A stretch of 64,000 nucleotides of DNA from Andalucia godoyi And28 (Eukaryota; Protista; Jakobida). Where the stretch lies: NCBI GenBank assembly GCA_009859145.1, contig VRVR01000004.1, positions 338,934-402,933 of the forward strand, given 5' to 3'. Below the pieces are notes generated by a model. It saw nothing but the letters and a program-made list of their open reading frames with translations. It was not told the origin of the DNA and made no database searches. Numbering within the stretch: position 1 is the first letter of the stretch; each line of letters begins with the position of its first letter. Of this stretch, positions 10,456 to 19,859 are shown piece after piece. A program made the position numbers and the translations under genes.

Positions 10456-10632
10456 GAGCGATCTTGGAATACTGCCTGATAAAGAATAGACCAACCAGCA
10501 AGTTTTGCATATCAAAGAAGACTCGGAAAAACATAATCGCACACTGATAGACACACGTCTTTTTTTTAAATATTCGACTTCTGCTTCTGTTCTGTAAAAA
10601 TTTGGACCATGCACGGACTTGTTGGGTCGGTG

Positions 10633-11112
10633 ATGAATAGGATAAACCGGGGTGGTGGCGGGTTTGGAGACGGCGGTTCTGGGTCGATGGACTCAGCGGT
10701 GCGAAGCGTGCTTTCGATATTGTCGTATTTGATATTTTGCAATGTGATTGCGTCGTATTCCGTCGATCCAAACTTTAGCATTTTGCTTATTCGCGGTGCG
10801 CAAGCTCTGTCGCTTGTGCGAATGCTGAGCGAACCTGCAACAGCAACGGCATCTCACATGGTGTTCATTCTTGTCGTTTCCAACGTGCCTATTCTGATTT
10901 CGCACGTCTTTACCGCGCCGAGACGAAGAGGAATTTTTTTATCGTTTGTCAACTCGGGAATCTCGTATTCGTTTTGGGATGTGTTTATCATCGATGCGAT
11001 CATTGTCGTCCTCCAGATCCTCATGTTCTATATCAAGACCGAACGAGCAGTCGTCCGAAGAACCACCACAGACAGCTCGTCAGAACAAGGACAAGAACAA
11101 GGACAAGAGTAA
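10633..11112 (+). CDS. Multi-pass membrane protein, DUF1746/Dsc4-like
   Basis: Four hydrophobic segments. The pattern Y..D..(SI)LLIR...H...P..(G)IFLSFV...DAIIVVLQ resembles DUF1746 as I recall it. Confidence 0.5.
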   Translation: MNRINRGGGGFGDGGSGSMDSAVRSVLSILSYLIFCNVIASYSVDPNFSILLIRGAQALSLVRMLSEPATATASHMVFILVVSNVPILISHVFTAPRRRGIFLSFVNSGISYSFWDVFIIDAIIVVLQILMFYIKTERAVVRRTTTDSSSEQGQEQGQE

Positions 11113-11564
11113 GAATATGAGAAAGAAAGAAAGAAAGAAAAGTGTGTGTATGTGTGTGTGGATTTTCGAAAAAGCACAGGAAAAAACTCGTGATTCGTTG
11201 TGCTCATTTTCGCTTATGTGGAAGCAAAAATCCTGATTGTACAAAAATGAAGAGACGCGGGGAGAAGAGATAGCGAGGACTACCAAAGGCCAAGGAGAGA
11301 GAAAGTAATATTGTGTAAATTAATCAATGATACGCTTTACCCATGTGAGAGAAATTCGCAAGAACACCACAGGCAGAGGCAGAAATCAGTCTAGATATTT
11401 TGTAGCGACTGGTGCGCAGGAGAGAGAAGACGCAATTGGTCCTGCAGTCAGAAGCAGCCACACACACGAGCACACATACAGAGATATACATACACACCGT
11501 TATACAACAAAAGAAAGGCGAAAGAAAGAAAGCGTAAAAGTAAAAAAGACGACCAGGCTCAGGA

Positions 11565-11714
11565 TCAGTCTTCTTCGTCATCCACGTGAGCGGGCTTTGG
11601 TCGAGAAGGTCCGTTGAAAAAGAGTGCCTTGACCCCTTCCGCACACATTCCCCACCCAGTTACAATTCCAAAAATGCCGCCAACGACAATTTGTCCAGGT
11701 GTGAGCTTTGCCAT
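11565..11714 (-). CDS. Small single-pass membrane protein (49 aa), below the ORF-track cutoff
   Basis: MAKLTPGQIVVGGIFGIVTGWGMCAEGVKALFFNGPSRPKPAHVDDEED*. It has a Gly-rich hydrophobic segment and an acidic tail, and is followed by a T-rich 3' region like those of neighbouring genes. Confidence 0.6.
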   Translation of the reverse strand: MAKLTPGQIVVGGIFGIVTGWGMCAEGVKALFFNGPSRPKPAHVDDEED

Positions 11715-11882
11715 TGTAGCGCAAGACGTTTGATGAAGCTGCGTTCACACAACAGACATCCGATGACCAACGAAGCATGAAACATTTCCGGGCTTTTTGC
11801 GCTCTGAGGGAAAATCCGTCTTTTTAAATTAAAGAAAAACGCAGTTGACGCTTTGATGCAACAGCGTACCAAAGTGTGAGAA

Positions 11883-12560
11883 GCGCCTACATTGTGCACC
11901 GGACATGCATATTCAATCCTGCATCCCGTTGCCTGGAAGGGGATAGGCCCCCAACACGCCTCACGGCATTCTTCAGATAGATGTTCCGCGCTCCGTTCCC
12001 AATCTCGATCAATCGGTGAGCCACTTTCTCAGCGTGACACGTTGTTCCTGAGAAGGGTGCATTTTGATTCTGACGGCCCTAGCAGCAGGCGCTTTCGTGT
12101 CCTCAGTTGCAGCGATTGATGCAGCTGGAGATACGAGAGGAAGAGGCGGTAGGAAGACGGTGGGGTTTTGCGACTGCGACTGCGACCGCGCCTGGTGCAT
12201 CGTAGCAGAAAACCACGAGTTCTGCAAGAGACAGTCCCTGAGGCTTCTGCTTGGGGTTGGCTGCCCTGCGTGCTGGGGATTGGAGATCGTGTCTTGGAAG
12301 TTCGCCTCTTGGCAGTGCGCTGCGACTCGGCGGTAGGCGAATGCGTCATCGCAGCGCACTCACATCCATATTTGAATTAAAAAAGTGAAACCAAAAAACC
12401 AAACCAACGAATGATAGAATAGATGGCTACGGATGCTGCGTTAAAGAGTGTCGAAAATGCGGAGCCTGTGTCACCGGCTGAATTCTGGCCGAGCGTGCGT
12501 AAGCACGAATTCCCTGTGAAACAAATGTCGGCCAGTATCGACCGTGTCTGTTTATGTATA
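11883..12560 (-). mobile_element. Internally deleted IS607-type element: serine-recombinase (TnpA) relic plus Fanzor2/TnpB relic
   Basis: The minus strand reads, in order: AYARSARIQ...QHP*PSILSFVG (TnpA-like), LLQNSWFSATMHQARS, RAVRIKMHPSQEQRVTLRKW (TnpB/Fanzor2 N-terminal HTH), then directly IDRDW(+1 nt)NGARNIYLKN (terminal RuvC motif), followed by GC hairpins. Confidence 0.8.
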
Positions 12561-12879
12561 CTTCCGTATGCATGACAATGTCGTGTCATTTATACAACGG
12601 TCCTCTAGGAATCCAGGTTTCGAGCCATGTTCGAGTCTCGCATCTTGCTCATCCTTGTTCTTTCTGCATTTTGTGTGAGAGTTTTTTTAATACGCGTTTC
12701 TTTTTTCTTTTATCCTTTTCCTCTTCCTTCTCTCGGTGCACTACTTGTTTTTTCCTCTCTCCCACTTCTCCCTCTCTCTTTCTCTCTTTCTATATCTTTG
12801 TAAACCTCTCTGCGTCTCTCTTTTCCTGTCTGTGCATTTTTGCAGTTTTTTCTCTTCGTATCGGCGAGAAGAATCAGTA

Positions 12880-15800
12880 ATGGCAGAAAAAAGAGTGACG
12901 CGTGCTCAGGTTCGTGGTGTTCGGTATCACACGAATTTGGATGCATCCGTGCGCGAAGATGGGAGTCACCAATTAGCTCATGAAGGTATGTTCTCGGTCC
13001 ATTGTGTTATGGGTTTCCCGTTTGTCTTTTGTGTTGCGTGTTCTGACTGTGTTATTGTTGTTGTTTTCTTGTTTTTTTTTCCCTCCCATGTTCTTTTGCG
13101 TGTCTGTTTTTTTTTTGGTTGACATCTAGCTCATCTTGCTCAACAGTCGCCATTTGCAATTGTGCATGACCAATTATCTGACCGGGCTCCGCAGACTCCG
13201 GCGAGCACGGCGCTTCCGATCATCATTAGCCCTCCGCCAAAGACTCCTGGTACTCCTGGATTGCATGCAGTTATGGCACAAGACGCAGTCTCTGAGAACT
13301 TGGAACGCATCTACCGCGAGATCGAGCTTGATGGAATTCAGGAAATAGTGGAGACGAGCAGGGAGTTCCCGCTGAAGAAGATGCTGTCGCCATTGCTGAC
13401 TGTGCTGGCAATCACTTTGCTGGTCGCCTCTGTGGTTTATTTCCGGATGAATGGGACAGGCTTCAACTGGCGGCTTCCTGGTCTTTCGGTACAGCAGCCG
13501 ACGGCACAGTTGCCAAACATGACAATTCCCACATTTTCGTTCAGTGCGGTTTACAGTGCTGGAACATTCGTTCGAGAGTGCTTTAGCTTTGCGAAGCTAA
13601 AGGTATTTTCCATGTTTGACTACATGCTCTCTCCTGTGCATATGATTTTCCGTGCCATTCGATCAATGCCGGGTCGCATCCTCGGGGTTTTGGTGCCGCA
13701 GACGTTGCTGGACATCTTCTCGGATTCCTTAAACTATGTCCGCGGTTGCAGCGTCAAGGGTGCTCTGTGGAGGATCCTGGAGTTGCCTTTGGATGTCCTT
13801 TCGTTCCTGGAGAGAAAGAATGTGGAGTATTTCCCGTCGAAACAGCCTGGACGTGAGGAGCCTGTTTTCAGCCAATATGTTGCACATCTTGCAAAGAAGG
13901 CGCATCAGTTGCTTGATTCGGAGCCTTTATTGAATCTCAGAATGGTTTTTTCTCGCTTTGTCGCCCATTTTGTGGACTTGTTCAATTTTGGATGGGGACG
14001 CGCTCCTACAGAAGCAGGGGTGCAGGACATCACGAGTCCACCACGAACGATTGTAGATAGGTTTTTCGCAGTGTTCGAACAAGTTCGTGCCTTCCTTTCT
14101 CGACTGATTCCACTGGGCTTTGAGCAAGGTAAGTCGCTTGTACTGTTTGTGCTCCGTTTGCCCGCGACGTTCTTGAACAATTTTGTGAAGATGCCGATCG
14201 AATTCGTCTTTGGCGGTTTATGGCGTGTCGCCGTCACTACGCCATTGTCTCTCGTTCAGCGTACGTTTGATGCCATTTGGTCTGCAGTCAAGCCGTCTGG
14301 CATGACAGGGACGTCTTCCGGCCTGCCAGTTCGCTCTGCTTTTGGGTTCGTGATGGATGCTCTTTCGTGGCTGAAACTCAAATTGTTTGCCTTCTATGAT
14401 CGCGTTTTGTCCCTCAGAGATGTTTCCCTGGTTGCTTCTTCCCGATTTGACGTCTTCAATATTTGGGATTTTGCATCCAAGTTACGCGATCGTATTTTCG
14501 GCAACTGCTATGGGTTGTCTCATTTCCTCTCGGGGTTGCAGTACCATGTGGTTCGCTACGTCTCCACGTTGTTAGCTACGTCTTTCGATTTCTTCTCTGG
14601 ACTGTCTTCGCCGTTGTCATCTTTCAGAAACATGAGTTCGCGCGTGAATGAGGATGTCAGCAAATTCGTCCACGGTCACGTCGTTGTGCTCCCGGAGACG
14701 AATCTCGTACATCTTGTTCAGCCAGTACTGGAGTCGTCGAGAAATTTGGCAGAACGGGCAGTGGCAGCCATCAAATCCCCATTGCATTACTTTTACACCG
14801 ACAAGGCTGCAGCACCCATTTCTGTTGCGCAGAAAGAGGCCACGTTTGTGTCGGAAATGTTGGCGTTCATGAAACTGAAAGCGTTTGCAGCATTTTCGTA
14901 TGTGTGCGATGAGATGGTGCCGAATCTGTTCCGCTTCCCTCGGACTCTGTTCCAGTCGCTCTTTGAGTCGGTTCCTTCTGCGTTTTGGTTCTTGTATGAC
15001 ATTGGCCTTGTTATTCCCCGTCAGCTTCTTAAGTTGTCGCTTTTTATCTTGAGCATTGCGCGCAGGCTTCTGAGAGTCCCGCAGACGATATGGCGTGTTG
15101 TTGTTGGGGTTGTGTCGAGAGGAACGGGCATCAAGAGCGACATTGGTTCATTTGACGAGTCCACATATGATCGGCTGGTTCGCGATGTTATCGAAGCTGT
15201 CAAACCAACCATCAAGGAAGAAGTGGCATCTGCAGTTTCACAGGCGGGGACCAGTGCTGCCAACATCGAGAACGTTCGCAGGACCGTCTCTGATGACTTG
15301 GCTGAGCTGAAAAAGGCAGTTTCTGCAGAGATCATGTCCAATGGTCAGGCTACCGTTTCCTCCTTGAAGTCTTTTGTGCTGGAGAGTGTCGATGCGGTCA
15401 AGAAGGAAATGGGGGCACGTGCTGAATCAACTTTGCACGCCGGTCTTTCTTCAAGCGATCACCGTATTTCACTGTTGGAGTCTGAGATTTCTCGGTCAAC
15501 AGCGGAATCGCAGCAACGAGCAGCTGAGCTGAATCGTCGAGTTACGGAGCTTGACACAGTCTATGCTACCAAAATTGAATTGCGCGCGGCGGAGGCTTCG
15601 CTGAAGAAGAGCATTTTGGAGGTCTCTGCATCTTCGAATGCCGCAGTGAAGGAGCTGACCGGAAAATTGAGCAGTGTTTCGGACGATGTAAGTTCTCAGA
15701 AGCAGGCTGTGGCAACGGGTGTTGCGAAGACAGCCGCAGTTGAATCAGAACTGAAGTCATTGCACAAACAGTTCAGTCAGTCGCTAGACGCCCAGCGCGT

Positions 15801-16407
15801 TAAGAATACCGAGTTTGAACATCAGTTTGCGCTTTCTGTTCAACCGCAAGCCATCCATAAGGGTCTTCTCGACTTTGCAGCGGATGCTTTGGGCGGCTAC
15901 GTAATCAAGCATTCCTTTTCGTACAGTCCTCACAGCTGGTTTTCCATTCGCAATCCCTGGAGACCATGGGAGGTCTATGCTCCCAATCCTGCGTCGACCA
16001 TCCTGTCTTCGGACATGGAAGTTGGCCGATGCTGGGCAATGTCTGGATCAAAGGGTTTCGCGTTGGTGCGCCTCCGCGTGGGCATAGTTCCCACAAGCAT
16101 TGCAATCGAGCATGTTGCTCACGAAGCTGCATTGCACGTGAACTCGGCCCCTCGAAAATTCTCTGTCTCAGCCATGCGGGATGACTGGGATCCATCGGAA
16201 ACCTCTCTCGGAACCTTTGAGTTCAAATTGGCTGCCGATAGTCCTTCTCAACAAGTGTTCCCTGTGTCCAACAAGGTCTCTGGTAGTTTCCAACTGTATC
16301 GCCTGAACATCGAGTCCAACTATGGAAACCCTGATTTCACGTGCGTGTATCGATTCCGGGTCTACGGAAACCTTCCGCTGGATGCCTCCCCGCGAGTCGG
16401 CGCATAG
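12880..16407 (+). CDS. SUN-domain (Sad1/UNC-84) nuclear-envelope protein, 2 exons (12880-12985, 13130-16407)
   Basis: C-terminal SUN domain (GRCWAMSGSKG...IEHV...SAPRKF...NIESNYGNPDFTCVYRFRVYG) preceded by a coiled coil and hydrophobic segments. A phase-1 intron at 12986-13129 (GTATGT...TTGAC...TAG) restores the frame. Confidence 0.9.
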
Positions 16408-16507
16408 CTCAGCTCAAACCGTCATTCTTTCTGTTCCTTCTTTCTCTTCTTCTTCTTGCATGCATTGTAAAATGACATTGTGTTATTCTAAAAATGAATT
16501 AGTGGAA

Positions 16508-16524
16508 GGGGGGGGGGGGGGGGG
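16508..16524. repeat. Poly-G run
   Basis: 17 consecutive G. Confidence 0.9.
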
Positions 16525-16569
16525 AAGGTCCTGCATCTTTATTCTTAGTCAAAATAGAGAAGCCGGGGA

Positions 16570-17267
16570 GTGTAGACAATGAAGTTCACCTAAGCAGCAT
16601 CCGCAGTGTTTGTCCAACTATCCGTAGAGAGGCTGAGATGACTAGCTCTGAGACAAGCATGCACAACGGACGTCCTGCATTCATCGGAGGCCTCTCGTTC
16701 AGAAGCCGGCAAGCAACATGCTGCCTGGACGGCAAAGAAGGGAACGCATCGTTGCGGGATATGATGCCTAAATCCTCGAATGCACCTCCCAGGTCAGGTC
16801 AGGATCTTTGATAATACTGAAAGGAATGTTGCATACATACATTGCTTTGGTGAATCTGTTGATAAAATTGCTCCAAACTTCACGACTTACGCGAAGCCCA
16901 GCAGACACGATAGACAACTGCTGTCGCGGAACCTCCTGCAGAGGCTCAGTAGACGTGCTGCTGCTATCTGCCGTCGGTCCCTCACGTTTTCAGGGTAGAT
17001 CAGTCGAAACAAAGCGGTCCTCCTGTACAGCAATCGAAAGAGATTGTGCAGAAGAGGTTCGTGCAAAAACTGCGCGATGCTACGTTTTCAGCACAGACAA
17101 CTCTGGCGCCGGAATGTTATTGCAGGACACAAAAATGTGCATCAGTATCGGCAACTGCAAGCAGCATGTGTTTGAACACGGAGGACTTCGGCTTGTGGCC
17201 ACCAGGACCTCGTCGGATTTTCGGTTATTTGACCAGATTCGTTCGCAGAGGAAGAAGACGCTGACAT
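16570..17267 (-). pseudogene. Decayed hAT-superfamily transposase (BED finger to first catalytic Asp)
   Basis: Across frameshifts and stops the minus strand reads KPKSSVFKHM (BED start), RFTKAMYVCNIPFSIIKDPDL, LPSRQHVACRLLNE and LSLSTDSWTNTADAA*VNFIVY, in the order expected for a hAT transposase. Confidence 0.72.
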
Positions 17268-17551
17268 ATTGGGCGTGATTGGCAAATTCTTTATAAACAG
17301 AGAAAGAGAAGAGAAGAGAAGAGAAGAGAACGAAAGTTACGTATCGGACAATACGGGGATCAATTGAGTGCAAGATAACAAGCAACTCTAATCCGACCAC
17401 ACACTCGTTTTTTTTTTCGCCCATTGATGAATGAGCAGTAATAATACTACACTCCCGTTTTGGAATCGTTTTTTCTTTGCTGTCTTTGTTGTTGTGTTCA
17501 TATAGTGCTGTATTCGTACCACTTTGCCCAACGCCTCCGCATGTGCTCACG

Positions 17552-19708
17552 ATGTCTCTCATCGATTTGTACGAGCAGCTGAACGCTGAAGCGAAGCGTC
17601 GTGAAGGTGTTCACAAGCATTCTTACCGCGATCCCGACTATGCGGAATACGAACAGTATTCCGTCTTCCAGCGACAGATTCGCGAGGAGTGGTCTCATCT
17701 GGACGAGGACATCCGCAAGCACCGAATTGAACAGCTTACTGATTTTCTTCGATCTACGTTTAGTTCTTCAAGAAAAATAGAAAACTCAGTATCAAACGAA
17801 CACGATCCGAAACGGCGCAACGCTCCGATGACGACGACGACGACGACGACGGCAAATCAAAGAGCAGATGAAACAGCAGCAACACGACCGACATCTCCGC
17901 AATTTCCACCCGAGATGTCCTCTTCTTCCCATCTTGTGTCCAACTCGCTGTTGCATCCAGATCGGGCGGCAGAATTGTTCGGTCGAAGATCGGCACTCAG
18001 CGAGCATGACATCCACGAATTACGCAGCTTAGAGAAACGACACACAACGGCGGCATCAGGGCTGTCGGCGTGGGAAGCACAGCGCCTTGCTGACTTGCTC
18101 GCACTGACGTCCGTCGAACAGGAGCAGTATAGAAATTCCGTACGAGAAAAGGTGTTACAGACGAACAGCGTGTTCTTCACCCACATCCATCCAGTGATTG
18201 ACAAGTTCTACGAGGAGCGCATCGCCGCCGGCACGCGGCTTCGTGCGCTGGCCACAATGTCGGATCGGTATGGCCGAATAGGTGACGTGGCCATTGCCCC
18301 CACCACGTTCCAAAGTTCCATGAATCGAAAGACGATTTGCTTGTTCGGCCGTTGCCCGGTCTTCCGTGCGCCTCCGCAGTTTCCTGTGCCCATCGACGTT
18401 CCTTCCGTTTCTGCCGGGATTGACCGGTACTTGGCGTCTACCAAGGCTCGTCTGCCTCCAATGCACGAAGATCCATTGCTCATTTTCCTGTGCCAGCGTT
18501 ACAACGTCAACACAGCGCTTTGCGGCTCTGCATTTTCCGCACTGTGTCGACTGAGGTCGGTCGACAGTTTGGAATCGCTGGATCTGCCAGTGCACGTGGA
18601 CTGTCCTTCGGGGATTGCGTTTGTGCAGAAACCGTTTGGTGCACGTCAAACCACAGTCCGAGATCGCTGCGACAAGTTCTTCTGCACGGGTCTGAAACAC
18701 GCGCTGATGTGTCCTCCGAAGTCGTTCGACCCGTCCGTGCAGCCTAAACCAGATTATTATCAAATCGCAAATCCACAACTCCTTGCAGAGCCCACTGTTC
18801 AGGATGCGCTGTTTTCTTCGCTTTCTACGGAATTGAACAGCCAGTTTCTGCCTTCCCTACGGTGCATGTATGCCTACACGTTATGTGAAAACGGCGACAT
18901 GCGGTTCATTGTCCGTCACAAACTGGATGCATTTCACAAGGACAGCGGAAGATTCATCAAGTTTGCCGTTCATACGGACCTGGCACCCCAGTTCGGGCCC
19001 GAGCTTCGCAGCATCGGTGAAGCTGTCTGTGGCTTTGCAAGGTCGTACATCTTTGGTGACAAGGAATGCTCCATGTGCTTTGCCCGCGTTTCGCCTCCCG
19101 ATCCATCCGACGCGCATTCTGGAGTGGCGGCGGCGAAGCTGTGGGAACTTGAATTCGCGCCCTCTTTCGTGCCGTCGCCTGCATATTATGACCTGGAAAG
19201 TGACAAGCTCGAGGCGTTGCAAGAGCCCGCGGTTGTGGCAACTGCTGCAAGCGTGGTGTCACAGATTCAGTCGTTTGCCACATCTATGCGAGGGCTTTCC
19301 TCCGATAGCGTGAATTTGCTAATGAGTCGCGACTTTGGTTCTCCGTCCGTTGCGGTGTCGCTTCCATGGCCAGTGATTCAGAACAGCGGGATCACCCCGC
19401 TCATGACAAACATCACTCCCATTCAAACTCAGTTTATTTACGGTCTGCACTCCCGCCTCGATGCGTCTCGCGTTTCGTATTTGCCCCCGATGTGGCATTC
19501 CACCTACGGTCCCGTTTCCCACTTGTTTCCCTTGAAGCTTGCTGAGCCACGACAACCACAACAGCCACGACTGCCACGACTGCCACTACATGCTGCCACC
19601 GGTTCAAAGAAGAAACGGAAGAAGAAACAGGAAGAGCGTGCCGACGAACGAGGCCCCCCTTCACAAGCAGTGGACGAGCACATCGAGCCGACGGCCACTG
19701 GCGAATGA
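17552..19708 (+). CDS. Hypothetical nuclear protein, possibly NARG2/ICE2-like
   Basis: Long open frame with a basic C-terminal NLS (KKKRKKK). DLPVHV...FVQKPF...TVRDR and YTLCENGDMRFIVR resemble the NARG2_C domain as I recall it. Confidence 0.45.
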   Translation: MSLIDLYEQLNAEAKRREGVHKHSYRDPDYAEYEQYSVFQRQIREEWSHLDEDIRKHRIEQLTDFLRSTFSSSRKIENSVSNEHDPKRRNAPMTTTTTTTANQRADETAATRPTSPQFPPEMSSSSHLVSNSLLHPDRAAELFGRRSALSEHDIHELRSLEKRHTTAASGLSAWEAQRLADLLALTSVEQEQYRNSVREKVLQTNSVFFTHIHPVIDKFYEERIAAGTRLRALATMSDRYGRIGDVAIAPTTFQSSMNRKTICLFGRCPVFRAPPQFPVPIDVPSVSAGIDRYLASTKARLPPMHEDPLLIFLCQRYNVNTALCGSAFSALCRLRSVDSLESLDLPVHVDCPSGIAFVQKPFGARQTTVRDRCDKFFCTGLKHALMCPPKSFDPSVQPKPDYYQIANPQLLAEPTVQDALFSSLSTELNSQFLPSLRCMYAYTLCENGDMRFIVRHKLDAFHKDSGRFIKFAVHTDLAPQFGPELRSIGEAVCGFARSYIFGDKECSMCFARVSPPDPSDAHSGVAAAKLWELEFAPSFVPSPAYYDLESDKLEALQEPAVVATAASVVSQIQSFATSMRGLSSDSVNLLMSRDFGSPSVAVSLPWPVIQNSGITPLMTNITPIQTQFIYGLHSRLDASRVSYLPPMWHSTYGPVSHLFPLKLAEPRQPQQPRLPRLPLHAATGSKKKRKKKQEERADERGPPSQAVDEHIEPTATGE

Positions 19709-19859
19709 TCCGCATGTACGTGAAGACATCCATTGTTGCTCGACTGCGGTATTTTATGCGTCGGGAGGGGGGAATGTCAAAAGTTTAATAAAAAAAAACA
19801 TGATCTATCCGGAAGAAGAGAGAAAATAAATGTATCAATGGGCCTCCAACAAGAGCTTC

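Noticed and set aside
11660-11899. ORF ...TLVRCCIKASTAFFFNLKR..., first read as a Fanzor helical region
   Set aside because: It lies beyond the inferred right end and after the terminal RuvC motif, so the order is wrong. The region is better explained by the 49-aa gene and its leader.
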